A stretch of DNA of 64,000 nucleotides from Salinispira sp. (GTDB taxonomy: Bacteria; Spirochaetota; Spirochaetia; DSM-27196; Salinispiraceae): positions 2,240,001 to 2,304,000 of the forward strand of contig OZ271918.1 in assembly GCA_965602015.1 (NCBI GenBank), in the 5' to 3' direction. Shown piece by piece: positions 27,777 to 38,298 of this stretch. The translations under genes and the position numbers were made by a program. The notes beneath the pieces were generated by a model. That model did no database searches. It saw only the letters and a list, made by a program, of their open reading frames with translations, and had not been told where the DNA came from. How positions within the stretch are numbered: position 1 is the stretch's first letter; every line of letters starts with the position of its first letter.

Positions 27777-28897
27777 TGCCTGAATCACCCGGAATGACTC
27801 TCCGCCGGGCACTATTTCCCATTCTGTTATGGGTGGTACTGGCGGCATCCTGCACGAGCTGGTCAGCTCCGATTCCGCCAGTCGGAGCAGATGCCCCTCT
27901 CCCGCTCCGGGAAGGCCCTTCATACTTTTCTGTCGGAACGGCGACAGACCGGGCATTGGCCCAGGTTGATGATACGCAAGCTCACCGTCTGCACAGCCTC
28001 CTGGTGGGCCTGGATGGGCAAATCATCCTGGAACGCTATTTTAATCATAGGGATGAAGGCTCGATTCACGACATCCGCTCAGCGACTAAGAGTATCACGG
28101 CGATCCTGGTGGGAATCGCCATCGATCGGGGAATCATTTCAGGGGTCGATCAGCCCGTCCCGGAGATTCTCCGGGCGGCATATCCCGATATCGAAATTCC
28201 AGAGGATCTCACGATACGTCATCTGCTAACCATGTCCGCAGGGAAGGATTGCGATGATTGGGACCGACGCTCGCCGGGAAACGAGAATCGGATGTACCGG
28301 GCCCATGATTGGACGGAGTTTTTCCTTTCTCTTGATCAAGTCGCGTCACCCGGTGAGGTCGGGAGATATTGTACCGGAGGGGTTGTCGCGCTGGGAAGAA
28401 TTCTCGAGCTTTCTCTGGAGATCCCCCTGAATGATTGGGCCGATCAGGTTCTCTTCAAGCCTCTTGGTATACGCAACTACCACTGGGAGTATTACCAGGG
28501 TGAAACCAGCGTCGATACCGGCGGCCATCTTCACATAAGCTCACGGGGGCTCATGGCGCTGGGATTTATGCTGCTTCAAGAGGGTCAATGTGCCGGAGAG
28601 CGAATCGTCAGCGCTGAATGGATTGATGAAATGTGGACGCCAAGGAGCGATCTTTCCGGCCGGATGTATGGATACCTTTGGTGGCCTCAGATAGTGGACT
28701 ACGGCTCCGTACCGGTCCGGGTGCTTGTGGCCCGGGGAAACGGAGGCCAAAGCCTCTTCCTGGTTCCGTCTCTCGGTCTTTCCGCTGTGGTGACCACGGG
28801 ATGTTACAACGATCCCCGGTCGACCGTGTCCGATCAACTATTTTTTAATGCAATTCTTCCCGATGTCCTGAAAATAGGTTCGGCAACGGAAAAGTAA
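27776..28897 (+). CDS. Serine hydrolase, beta-lactamase family (lipoprotein)
   Basis: Lipobox LAASC; SATK, HLLTM, YGYLWW and ARGNGGQ. Confidence 0.85.
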   Translation: MPESPGMTLRRALFPILLWVVLAASCTSWSAPIPPVGADAPLPLREGPSYFSVGTATDRALAQVDDTQAHRLHSLLVGLDGQIILERYFNHRDEGSIHDIRSATKSITAILVGIAIDRGIISGVDQPVPEILRAAYPDIEIPEDLTIRHLLTMSAGKDCDDWDRRSPGNENRMYRAHDWTEFFLSLDQVASPGEVGRYCTGGVVALGRILELSLEIPLNDWADQVLFKPLGIRNYHWEYYQGETSVDTGGHLHISSRGLMALGFMLLQEGQCAGERIVSAEWIDEMWTPRSDLSGRMYGYLWWPQIVDYGSVPVRVLVARGNGGQSLFLVPSLGLSAVVTTGCYNDPRSTVSDQLFFNAILPDVLKIGSATEK

Positions 28898-28971
28898 TAA
28901 AAGCAAAGAGAAGGAGTGTGTTTATGAGCAATAGATCCGGTACCAATGACAGCGTTGTACTATCATCATCG

Positions 28972-29019
28972 GTTTCCCGGACATCTTTCCGTTCAGAGTC
29001 GTGGAGACGGCCTCTATCT
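28972..29019 (+). repeat. Imperfect direct repeat, copy 2
   Basis: Matches 26320-26368. Confidence 0.7.
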
Positions 29020-29186
29020 TGTAGTATTGATGTTGTTGCTCGGGTTGTTTCTACCCCTCAGGGAAATCGCCAAGGGAACCATCAGGTAACGTCGGCCAAC
29101 GCCCAACTGGTTGAAAAAGTCAATAAAAAGTGGTCCTAAAGCAATCCAAAATAGTGACGTATGATCCGGACATAAAGGAGGATACT

Positions 29187-30200
29187 GTGAAAAAGATATG
29201 CCTTGGAAACACCGGCATCGAGGTCAGCGAAATGTGCCTGGGCACAATGTATTTCGGCAGCCGCGTTGAAGAGGAAACCGCGTTTGCCCTGCTTGATGCC
29301 TACGTGGATCGAGGCGGGAACTTTGTGGATACGTCGAATAATTACTGCTTCTGGCTGGATGGTTTTACCGGCGATGAAAGTGAAATCACCCTGGGTCGAT
29401 GGATGGCCGAGAGGAAGAACCGGAATGAAGTGTATCTTGCTACAAAATGCGGCGTGCGGCCCATTAATCAGCAGGGGGACTTTGAGGGACTTTCCCGATC
29501 GGCGATTATGAATGCTGTGGAGGGTAGTCTGAAGCGCCTAAAAACTGACCATATCGATCTGTATTATATGCATGTAGACTGGCGTGCCACCCATCTCGAA
29601 GAAACCCTCGGAGCTTTTTATGAACTGATAGAACAGGGAAAGGTCGGAAATATAGCCGCAAGCAATATGAGCACATGGCGGTTGATAAAGGCGAAAGAAA
29701 TTTCCCGGCAAAACGGATGGAAGGAGATTGCTGCAATACAGCAATGGTATTCGTACCTCAGGCCGAGAGACGGCGCAGCCCTGTGGGTCCAGAAGTTTGC
29801 TGATGAGGAGTTGTTCGATTATTGTGAGGCCGAAAAGGATACCACCGTCCTGGCGTATACTTTAACCTTGGGAGGGCTTTACGGCTGGGATAGCATTTAT
29901 GAACGAAATCATCCGGCCCTGGGAACCAGATTCTTCTCAGAAGACAATGAACGGCGCTTAGAGACGGTCAAAGAGCTAAGCCGGGAAAGAGGAGTCTCCC
30001 CTTTTCAGGTGGTATTCGCCTGGCTCAGAAAACATCGAATCCCCATAATCCCGATCCTGGGAGTGAGAACCATGTCCCAGTTACAGGACAACCTCAAATC
30101 TCTTGATTGGGAGATGAGCCCGGAAGAGTTCGAGCGGATGTCGAAGGCGGCGTTCAACCACAAAGAATATGAGAAGAATGAACCAGTGAAACTGCTGTAA
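29187..30200 (+). CDS. Aldo/keto reductase
   Basis: CLGTMYFG, DTSNNY and SLKRLKTDHIDLYYMH. GTG start after AAGGAGG. Confidence 0.92.
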   Translation: MKKICLGNTGIEVSEMCLGTMYFGSRVEEETAFALLDAYVDRGGNFVDTSNNYCFWLDGFTGDESEITLGRWMAERKNRNEVYLATKCGVRPINQQGDFEGLSRSAIMNAVEGSLKRLKTDHIDLYYMHVDWRATHLEETLGAFYELIEQGKVGNIAASNMSTWRLIKAKEISRQNGWKEIAAIQQWYSYLRPRDGAALWVQKFADEELFDYCEAEKDTTVLAYTLTLGGLYGWDSIYERNHPALGTRFFSEDNERRLETVKELSRERGVSPFQVVFAWLRKHRIPIIPILGVRTMSQLQDNLKSLDWEMSPEEFERMSKAAFNHKEYEKNEPVKLL

Positions 30201-30288
30201 TGCTATTGTTACCGGACTGATTGTGGGCTCGGAGTGCCTACGGTCCGCTTCCAGGCAGCCCCCGAGTGGTGTCGGCAGGAAACGAGAT

Positions 30289-31269
30289 TTACAGCACAAG
30301 GCGCATCACGACCATGTCTTTCCCGGCAGGAGGATGCGCTGAGTCATTTATGACAAATCCTTTATGTTCAAGCCACAGCTGAGCTGGACTGTGGCGGTCT
30401 GCAACGGCGCTGAGCGAGCGATGGCCGGCTTGTCGTGCAGCTTTGGTCAGCCGGATTATGAGATCTGTTCCTATGCCCCGGTTTCGATAGGACGGATCCA
30501 CCGCAATACAGAGCACCGGCGAATGCTCATCCAGGAGTTGAGCATGGGCTTTCCCCGGGTCCGCTCTGCGAATCCAGGCCGCTGCCACCGGAGAGTTTGT
30601 ATGATCCAGGGCGATGTATCCGAAATCTCCGGGACGTCCCCAGCCTTCTTCTGCATGCGGCAAGGCAGGCGCGGGGGAGCCGGGGTCTGCGGCTTTTGAA
30701 GGAAGGAGTTCGCTCCGCAGGAGATAGCGAAGGTATGCGGCGTCCTTTCCTGTTGCAGGGCGGATGTGTACCTGTTCCCCTTCAGCCTCGGCCGGGGGGA
30801 GGGTCAGACCGGCGTAGAGAAGCTGAGCCGAGAGTCGTGTTCGTTCCACCACGAGGGTGGTGTTTTCCGGAAGACGTTCAAGAACCTCCCGGGACAGCGC
30901 CACTCCACTTCCGGCGATTTTTACCGAAAAGAATTTTTTCCGTATTGTTCCCACCTCGATGAATGAGCCCATTCTCCAGGAGGGTCTGGATTCCACCGGT
31001 CCGACCAGACGGATTTTGGTACCGAGCCACAAGTCGAAATTAAACCACAACGCCGCGATGAAGGTCGGAGGAACACCGATCCAGAGAATCCAGGACAGCT
31101 GGGAATCCGACGCAGAATCCTTGAAGATTATGAGCTGAGCCAGGAGGGCGAACACGGCGAACAGCAGCGGAACCCCCCATATGACGAGTCGGGGACCGGC
31201 CATCCTGCGCCGATCGGCTTTAGTTAGGGGGACAATGAATTTTCCCTGGTGTAGGTCGGCTTTTGCCAC
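30289..31269 (-). CDS. Membrane-anchored GNAT-family acetyltransferase
   Basis: Two N-terminal TMs; C-terminal IAVDPSYRNRGIGT. Confidence 0.7.
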   Translation of the reverse strand: MAKADLHQGKFIVPLTKADRRRMAGPRLVIWGVPLLFAVFALLAQLIIFKDSASDSQLSWILWIGVPPTFIAALWFNFDLWLGTKIRLVGPVESRPSWRMGSFIEVGTIRKKFFSVKIAGSGVALSREVLERLPENTTLVVERTRLSAQLLYAGLTLPPAEAEGEQVHIRPATGKDAAYLRYLLRSELLPSKAADPGSPAPALPHAEEGWGRPGDFGYIALDHTNSPVAAAWIRRADPGKAHAQLLDEHSPVLCIAVDPSYRNRGIGTDLIIRLTKAARQAGHRSLSAVADRHSPAQLWLEHKGFVINDSAHPPAGKDMVVMRLVL

Positions 31270-31414
31270 AATATCGCTCCTGATTGCATTCTCTCATGAT
31301 CGGGAGAGCCCGTCTATTATAGCCTTATGCACCCCCCCGGCGTACGCAATTTCAAAAACGGAGCGGATCTGATACCCTGTTATGGTACGCATATAGCTTT
31401 GAGGAGAATGAGGT

Positions 31415-32074
31415 ATGAATTTTATGTTCATCCTGGTCGTAATCGCACTTGGGCTTCTGGCATCTTTGGTTGCGGGGGTCCGCTATGCGCGGCAAAACCC
31501 CGGCCGCGATGTAAAAAAAGAAATCCGCGAGCTCGCCGCCAGCCGGGGCTGGGATTTTCGCGAACCTAAGGGCGGCGATGTAACCTATTCGGTCAATGGC
31601 GGTGCCTGGGAGCTATCCGAACTATTCTTTCGAAGCGCAAATCGGGCGACAACCTCAAGTAATTACCAGACCCGCTGGGAGGCGGAGTACAGGGGTACGG
31701 ATTCGGTAATAATCGGTCCTAAACTGCCGGCCGCCCTTGAAAAGGGTACAATCGGAAGTCCGAAATTGTATCAAATTCTTCGTCCCATATTCGGCGACAG
31801 GATTAGCCGTTTTGAGGGCACGTCAATAATCCGTGAGCTGGGAAGCTCGTCTTTCAGGTCTCAGTTCGACGTGTTCGCACACGACCGAAGCGCCGCCGAA
31901 AAGCTTATTGGAGACGGGAGTCTCTGGCTGGATTTGGAAGCCGTTCTGGCCTCCCCTCCAGTGGTAACGATTGCAGACGGATCGGTTTCCATTGTCGTTC
32001 GCGATAAAATCCACTCATCCCTCCAGGCTGAAGCTATTATACGCGCGGGAGAAGCGATGCTACGTTTGCTTTAG
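31415..32074 (+). CDS. Hypothetical protein with N-terminal TM
   Basis: 219-aa ORF with GAGG RBS. Confidence 0.6.
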   Translation: MNFMFILVVIALGLLASLVAGVRYARQNPGRDVKKEIRELAASRGWDFREPKGGDVTYSVNGGAWELSELFFRSANRATTSSNYQTRWEAEYRGTDSVIIGPKLPAALEKGTIGSPKLYQILRPIFGDRISRFEGTSIIRELGSSSFRSQFDVFAHDRSAAEKLIGDGSLWLDLEAVLASPPVVTIADGSVSIVVRDKIHSSLQAEAIIRAGEAMLRLL

Positions 32075-32255
32075 GGCTTATTGAGTTGTATCGACAATAA
32101 TTTCGGCTACAATACTACCATGAACTGACGTCCTCAAAGGTCACCTCAAGCGCCTATCCATCCTCCAATTTCTAGTATATTTTCTGACATTGTTGATCAT
32201 CTTTTTCACCTGGTATATGATAACCGGCATTAAACCCTGCAGGAGGATAGCAGCA

Positions 32256-33344
32256 GTGCAGATCGAGTCCATGCCCCCATTAGTTCGAAGTACCCAAAAA
32301 ACACCGGCCCTGGAGCTTGCCGGCGTAAGCAAAAGCTATCCCGGCGGGGTAAAGGCTGTGGACGACGTAAGCCTTACGGTGAACCAGGGGGAGATTCTCG
32401 CCCTCCTGGGCCCCAGCGGCTGTGGTAAATCGACGACTCTCAGACTGCTTGCGGGAATTGAGCGCCCGGATTCGGGAGTCATCAGCATCGACGGCCGCCC
32501 CGTTGCCGGCGGACCGGGCTTTATCGAACCCGAACATCGAAACGTTGCAATGGTGTTTCAGGATTACAGTTTGTTTCCCCACCTCAATCTCTGGCAAAAC
32601 GTCGCATTCGCCATGGGGAAGCTGCCCCGACGGGAACGGAAGGAAAAAAGCAGGGGCTATCTCGCAAAAGTTGGTCTCGAAAATGCTATGGATCGATTTC
32701 CACACCAGTTGTCCGGAGGCCAGAAGCAACGGGTGGCCCTGGCGCGGGCGCTGGCGCAGGAACCCGAACTCATTCTCCTGGACGAACCGTTTTCCAACCT
32801 CGACGCCAATCTTCGGGAACAGACACGGGAATACGTCATGAGCATCCTCAGGGAGAGCGGAATCACCACAATCCTGGTCACCCATGACAAGGAAGATGCC
32901 TTTGCCATCAGCGACCGTATGGCGGTGATGTTCGACGGGTCGATTGTTCAGACCGGCGATACCCGGGACTTGTACGCCAACCCCGCAGACCCCCGGGTCG
33001 CCCGGTTTTTAGGCGCCGGATCGGTAATCGAGGGCAGCGTACAGGGCGAGTCGGTTGTCACTTCCTTCGGCACCTTCCCCCATGACGCTGCGGACCCGGG
33101 CGACGGAGCAATCCTGCTTCACAGGGAAAATATAAAAATCGACATTCATGACTCGGGTTCGCTGGAAATCGGCGGGATGACCTTCCTGGGGAATCGGCAT
33201 CTTATTCAGCTGCTTTCCCCGGACGGTAAAAAGCTCGAAATTTCCGCCAGCGATGCCTCGAATTTATATCCGGGGCGCCGATGCGAACTTCGATGCATGG
33301 AACCGGTGCGGACCTTTACCGCAGAAAAACTAAATAATTCCTGA
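32256..33344 (+). CDS. fbpC: Fe(III)-type ABC transporter ATPase
   Basis: GPSGCGKS, LSGGQKQR and LLDEPFSNLD. GTG start after AGGAGG. Confidence 0.85.
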   Translation: MQIESMPPLVRSTQKTPALELAGVSKSYPGGVKAVDDVSLTVNQGEILALLGPSGCGKSTTLRLLAGIERPDSGVISIDGRPVAGGPGFIEPEHRNVAMVFQDYSLFPHLNLWQNVAFAMGKLPRRERKEKSRGYLAKVGLENAMDRFPHQLSGGQKQRVALARALAQEPELILLDEPFSNLDANLREQTREYVMSILRESGITTILVTHDKEDAFAISDRMAVMFDGSIVQTGDTRDLYANPADPRVARFLGAGSVIEGSVQGESVVTSFGTFPHDAADPGDGAILLHRENIKIDIHDSGSLEIGGMTFLGNRHLIQLLSPDGKKLEISASDASNLYPGRRCELRCMEPVRTFTAEKLNNS

Positions 33345-33422
33345 CTAATTTAGTAATATATATTGCGCTTTTTCTTATGATCAGTTAACTTTTTATCAAC
33401 TTACATTTTCTGGAGGCACAAC

Positions 33423-34481
33423 GTGCAGCGATTTGGCGCACTTCTACTAGTTTTTTTTCTGATTACCACCGGTCTGTTTGGCGCAGGCGGAGCGGAGAAT
33501 AACACGGGGCGGAGCGGAACCCCTGTTGTCAACCTGTACTCGGCCCGCCATTACGGTGCGGTCGAGCTGGTTATGGACCGGTTTACCCGGGAAACCGGCA
33601 TTGAAGTCCGGATATCCCAGGGCAGCACCCAGTCCATCGTAGAACGGGTGAGGGCCGAAGGCGACACCACCCCGGCGGATGCAGTAATAACCATCGATGG
33701 GGGAAGCATCGATCTGCTTGCGAATGAGGGTTTCCTGGCTGAGATTCAGTCGGAGGTTCTCAATACCGCAATTCCAGAAAATCTCAAAGATCCTTCCGGC
33801 AGGTGGTTCGGTCTATCCCAGCGGGTGAGAACCCTGGTGTACAACCCCGCTTCGGTCTCGGATGATGAAATTCCCGAGAGCTATGCAGACCTGGCGGACC
33901 CCCGCTGGAGGGGAAGACTGGCCCTGCGGCCGGCCAGCCACATTTACACCATTGCCCTGGTAGCCAGCATTATCGCCAACGAAGGTGAACAGGAAGCCGA
34001 GCGCATCGTCCGCGGCTGGGTCGCCAACAATCCGATATACATCAACAGCGACACCAGAATACTGCAAACCATAGAAGCCGGGGGCGCCGACGCTGGAATC
34101 GCCAACCACTACTACCTCGGCCGTATCCTCGACAACAGCGATCCGGATTTCCCGGTTCAGGTACAATGGGCGAATCAGAACGGAAGCGGTGTGCACCGGA
34201 ATGTTGTGGCCATGGGCATTCTGAAAACCGCCCCGAATGCGGAAAACGCGAAAATACTTCTGGAGTGGCTGGCCACCGAAGGACAAGGAGCGACGGACGA
34301 CACGATTTCCGGCGGAAATCACGAGTTTCCCGCCAATCCCGAAGCCGAAATACATCCGGTAATCGCCTCATTCGGGCCGTGGCAGGTGGACCAACTGCCC
34401 CTGTCGGAATACGGCGCGTACCAGGCAGCCGCTTTGCAGTTGCTTGAACGCACTGGTTATGGCTTTAGCGAATCGAATTAG
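33423..34481 (+). CDS. fbpA: Fe(III) ABC transporter substrate-binding protein (FbpA/FutA-like)
   Basis: VNLYSARHY, ANHYYL (iron-liganding Tyr pair) and NHEFP. Confidence 0.85.
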   Translation: MQRFGALLLVFFLITTGLFGAGGAENNTGRSGTPVVNLYSARHYGAVELVMDRFTRETGIEVRISQGSTQSIVERVRAEGDTTPADAVITIDGGSIDLLANEGFLAEIQSEVLNTAIPENLKDPSGRWFGLSQRVRTLVYNPASVSDDEIPESYADLADPRWRGRLALRPASHIYTIALVASIIANEGEQEAERIVRGWVANNPIYINSDTRILQTIEAGGADAGIANHYYLGRILDNSDPDFPVQVQWANQNGSGVHRNVVAMGILKTAPNAENAKILLEWLATEGQGATDDTISGGNHEFPANPEAEIHPVIASFGPWQVDQLPLSEYGAYQAAALQLLERTGYGFSESN

Positions 34482-34502
34482 AAAACCGGCATTCAAAATG
34501 TT

Positions 34503-34535
34503 CCGGCTCGGGGTACGCTCCGGGCCGGCTTTTTT
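34503..34535 (+). terminator. Hairpin/terminator between binding protein and permease
   Basis: CCGGCTCGG...CCGGGCCGG followed by T6. Confidence 0.55.
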
Positions 34536-34541
34536 GCGATT

Positions 34542-36185
34542 ATGATAAACGGATTCGGGCGTAAAAGCCTCGTACTGACCATCAGCGCCGTGCTGATTTT
34601 ACCCATCCTCGTAGTGCTATCTCAGCTTCTTACCCCCGACCGGGAAATCTGGTCGCACCTGCTGGCCACCGTTCTGCCCCGGATGGTACGAAACACCGTG
34701 GTGTTGCTGGTTTCAGTCGGCAGCATGAGCGCTTTTCTGGGAACCGCACTGGCCTGGCTGGTAAGCGCATTTCGCTTCCCCGGCCGGAAATTCTTTGATT
34801 GGGCGCTGATGTTGCCGATGGCGATTCCGGGATACATTCTCGCGTTTATCTTCATTGCCACCTTCGACTATGTGGGCATCGTACAGACTACCTACCGTCA
34901 GCTGTTTGGAGCCCGGGCAGCCTTTCCCTCTATCTATACCGGATTCAATGCCAGTCTGGTCATGACTTCGACCCTTTACCCCTATGTATATTTACTGATG
35001 CGCAGCGCATTCAGGAACCAATCTGCCCAGGCATTTGATGCCGCACGGACCATGGGGCACGGGCCCTGGTCCGCATTTTTCAGGGTGGCTTTGCCCCTGG
35101 CCCGCCCTTCGCTGGTTGCGGGAACCGTGTTGGTGCTCATGGAGACCCTGGGAGAGTTCGCCGCAGTGAGATTCTTTAATTACCCGACCCTGAGCGAGGG
35201 GGTTTTTCGGGTATGGGAAGGCATGATGAACCGGGCGGCGGCAATGGAGCTCGCGAGCCTTTTGGCCCTTTTTGGTTTAACCCTGGTAATCCTGGAACGC
35301 CGAACCCGGGGAAAGGCCCGCTACACCACCGGAGGGGGAAAAACCCCCGGAGTGACTCCCCGGAAGCTCACGGGATTCAAGGCCCTGGGAGCGACTGCAG
35401 TGTGCTCGCTGGTTCTCCTCGGAGGATTTTTTCTGCCGCTAATACAGCTGATTATGTGGACTTCCCGGGAGATAATTACCAATGGCCGGGGCGGAACCCT
35501 CAACGTTGCGTTCATCCGGTATCTGAGCACCACCGCAGGGTTCGCCGCCCTTGCCGCCGCAGCGGTAGTGATAATCGCACTTCTTATCAGCAGCATAAAG
35601 CGGCATGCCGGATCTAGCCTCCTGGTACGCTCAGGGGCCACATTGGCAAGCATCGGTTATGCCCTGCCCGGAGCGGTGATTGCCGTGGGCGTGCTGATCA
35701 TAACCACCAACTTCGACGGTTTTTTGCGAAATTCCGGACTCGCCAGAACGACGGTGCTCACCGGATCCATCCTGGGCCTCACCTATGCCTACGCCGTGCG
35801 GTTTATGGCAGTGGGCCACAACAGCCTGGAAGCCGGCTACGCCGCAATTTCTCAGCGCCTGGATGAAAGCGCCAAGACCATGGGAAAAAAGCCCTGGATG
35901 ATCACCGCCTACATCCACATACCCCTGCTGTTCCGCAGCCTGATTAGCGCGGCCACGCTGGTGTTCATCGATGTAATGAAGGAGCTGCCGGTAACCCTGC
36001 TTATCCGTCCCTTCGGCATGGATACCCTCGCCCTGTGGGCATATCTTCTGGCATCCGAGGGATTCTGGGAGTCGGCGGCGGTGCCCTCACTGGTAATCGT
36101 CCTGGTCGGACTGATCCCCGTAGCGATTCTGGTCCGCCTGAGCGGAAAAGGCGAAGATGTACAGGCCGCTGCGGTGATTACCTGA
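34542..36185 (+). CDS. fbpB: Fe(III) ABC transporter permease
   Basis: Duplicated permease halves; LYPYVYL, VALPLARP and KELPVTLLIRP. Confidence 0.88.
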   Translation: MINGFGRKSLVLTISAVLILPILVVLSQLLTPDREIWSHLLATVLPRMVRNTVVLLVSVGSMSAFLGTALAWLVSAFRFPGRKFFDWALMLPMAIPGYILAFIFIATFDYVGIVQTTYRQLFGARAAFPSIYTGFNASLVMTSTLYPYVYLLMRSAFRNQSAQAFDAARTMGHGPWSAFFRVALPLARPSLVAGTVLVLMETLGEFAAVRFFNYPTLSEGVFRVWEGMMNRAAAMELASLLALFGLTLVILERRTRGKARYTTGGGKTPGVTPRKLTGFKALGATAVCSLVLLGGFFLPLIQLIMWTSREIITNGRGGTLNVAFIRYLSTTAGFAALAAAAVVIIALLISSIKRHAGSSLLVRSGATLASIGYALPGAVIAVGVLIITTNFDGFLRNSGLARTTVLTGSILGLTYAYAVRFMAVGHNSLEAGYAAISQRLDESAKTMGKKPWMITAYIHIPLLFRSLISAATLVFIDVMKELPVTLLIRPFGMDTLALWAYLLASEGFWESAAVPSLVIVLVGLIPVAILVRLSGKGEDVQAAAVIT

Positions 36186-36202
36186 GATCAGGGGCACCCC
36201 AC

Positions 36203-37243
36203 TCACTTCCCGATTGCCCGCAGAATTTTTAGCATGAGCTGATACGGCCTGGCGGGATTGCTCATCTGGTTCAGGCTGCCGGCAATATACAGGTCCCGAT
36301 CGGGTTCATGGAATGCAAACGATCCGGTTGAACCCGAGTGCCCCAACAGCAGCGGCGTTGTGCGAAACATGTTGGTCCAACGGGGAAGCTGGAATTTCCA
36401 CAGGCCCAGCCCGTATTCCATGGGGAAGAACATGGGCACGAACTGTTTTATCAATTCAAAATAAGAGTCTGCGAAGAGTTCTCCGGAGAAATACCCCTGC
36501 ATAAACCGGATAAGGTCCGACACGGTCGATATGATTCCGCCGTCGGCAGCCATACTCGACAGGGCCAGGGGAAATTCCATGGGCTTATATTTGAGGTACA
36601 GGGAAAGCGGGCTCTTTTCCTTTGATTTTTGCTCCCCGTTTACGGCCACCGATGTGCTCCCGAGACTCAGGGGGGAGAAGATTCGCTTCGATAGCTGCTC
36701 TGCCAGGGAGCTGGCGCATACCGTTTCAATTACCGCGCCCAGAAGCTGATAATTGGTATCGGAATAGTACGCTTTGCCGCTGTCCGGAACTGCTGAGGCT
36801 TGCTGTGAGCGCACCGCGTCCAGCACATCCGTAAGGCCGTAGCTGCGGTCCCTGCCTTCGTAAAGCTCCTCCAGCAGCCAGCCCTCATAATAATCTGCAA
36901 TGCCGCTGGTGTGATTTAAAAGCTGACGGATGGTGATTGCCTGTGAGTAGTCCGTACCCCGAAAGACATGCATGCCCTTGAGATCAACACCGGGAAGATA
37001 CTCGCCAACCGGTGTATCCAGGTTTACCAGGCCTTCGTCGATTAGCTGGATGACAACCGTGGCGGTAAAAAGCTTTGTGATGCTCGCCACATAAAAGCGG
37101 TCCCCGGGTCCGGCTCCCGCCGAAACGCCGGAAAAATTCACCCTCCCGTCGCCGGATTTTACCCCGAGTACTAGGTCACCGGCCGAGGATTTTCTCTTTT
37201 CAGAATCAATAATTGCCTGCAGTTTTTCATCGATATTTTTCAC
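36203..37243 (-). CDS. Serine hydrolase, beta-lactamase family
   Basis: ASITK, LLNHTSG, YSDTNY and GHSG. Confidence 0.88.
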   Translation of the reverse strand: MKNIDEKLQAIIDSEKRKSSAGDLVLGVKSGDGRVNFSGVSAGAGPGDRFYVASITKLFTATVVIQLIDEGLVNLDTPVGEYLPGVDLKGMHVFRGTDYSQAITIRQLLNHTSGIADYYEGWLLEELYEGRDRSYGLTDVLDAVRSQQASAVPDSGKAYYSDTNYQLLGAVIETVCASSLAEQLSKRIFSPLSLGSTSVAVNGEQKSKEKSPLSLYLKYKPMEFPLALSSMAADGGIISTVSDLIRFMQGYFSGELFADSYFELIKQFVPMFFPMEYGLGLWKFQLPRWTNMFRTTPLLLGHSGSTGSFAFHEPDRDLYIAGSLNQMSNPARPYQLMLKILRAIGK

Positions 37244-37306
37244 GGGTCTTTCTCCTTGTCCGACACATGGCTACGATCTAGTGCCGGCATTATGGCATAT
37301 ACTGTC

Positions 37307-38038
37307 TCATTTTGCGTTTTTGCCCGCGAAATAACCGTAGGGAACTATCAGCGTCAGATAGCTCAGGGATGCGACGAATATGGGAAATGCACCGGTGAAG
37401 CCCGTCATTCGCAGCAGCATGGTGAACAGGATGATGCCGAGCCCCGCGATTTTCCCGAACTGAAATGCCTGGTATGAAGCCTGGTAGGCCTTGAGTTTTT
37501 CCGCCTCATCCATACTCGCAAAGAAATCTTTTGCAAAGGTTTTCGAAACCGGATCGCCTTTTAAACGGCTGTCGTGTTTCTGGATCCGCCGTATGGTGGT
37601 AATTTCAAACTGACCGATGACCAGTGTGATGACTAAAAACACAATGAGCTTAGTCCAAAACAGTGGTGCATCGGCATCAAAGCTCATACCGAATACCATA
37701 AGGTTCAGAATCATTGCGACATTATTCAGCCCGATGACGGTGTTGAGGAAGCGGCCGCCCCGTTTTTCCAAGTCGTCGGCAATGTGGTCTTCCGCACCGT
37801 CGGCCCGGGAAAGCACGGCCTTCCCTTTGAAGTACAGGATTGTCTCGGGGATAAAAAAGCCCAACGCAATGCCGATCATAATGTACAAACTGTTTCGCTC
37901 AAATGCCCGGAGCACCACGGGAGCGAACTGCTCTACCAGGGCTTGACGGCCCTGCAGGAGAATAAAGGCGACAACTGCGCCGATAAGCGCACTGGCAGTC
38001 ATCAATGCGGTGATTTTGGCAATGGTTCTGCTATTCAT
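37307..38038 (-). CDS. DUF3169-like membrane protein
   Basis: TMs plus KGDP...SMDEAEK..YQASYQAF; follows the XRE gene. Confidence 0.6.
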   Translation of the reverse strand: MNSRTIAKITALMTASALIGAVVAFILLQGRQALVEQFAPVVLRAFERNSLYIMIGIALGFFIPETILYFKGKAVLSRADGAEDHIADDLEKRGGRFLNTVIGLNNVAMILNLMVFGMSFDADAPLFWTKLIVFLVITLVIGQFEITTIRRIQKHDSRLKGDPVSKTFAKDFFASMDEAEKLKAYQASYQAFQFGKIAGLGIILFTMLLRMTGFTGAFPIFVASLSYLTLIVPYGYFAGKNAK

Positions 38039-38246
38039 AATACCTGTCCTCGCGATATTCAAACAATTCCTCCACCGACACGCTGAAAATCTCGGAGAGT
38101 TTAAGAGCCAGGGTAACCGAGGGGTTGTATTCCCCCCGTTCAATCGAACTGATGGTCTGGCGGGATACCCCCGCCAGCTTCCCCAGTTCCCCCTGGTTGA
38201 TGCCCAGCCGCGCCCGATGGATTTTTAAGGAATTTATCAACGGCAT
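38031..38246 (-). CDS. XRE-family HTH regulator
   Basis: QGELGKLAGVSRQTISSIERGEYNPS. Confidence 0.92.
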   Translation of the reverse strand: MPLINSLKIHRARLGINQGELGKLAGVSRQTISSIERGEYNPSVTLALKLSEIFSVSVEELFEYREDRYYE

Positions 38247-38298
38247 ATGTACTACCTCACCTTATTCCGTTGCCGACGGCTATCCGCCTTGCCCATCA

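Noticed and set aside
20030..30200. Intact integrative element or prophage at tRNA-Phe
   Set aside because: No integrase, phage or conjugation genes, and no distal att copy seen by eye.
33345..33365. ACTAA-T-TTAGT palindrome before fbpA as a metal-regulator box
   Set aside because: Too short and within AT-rich DNA; could be chance.
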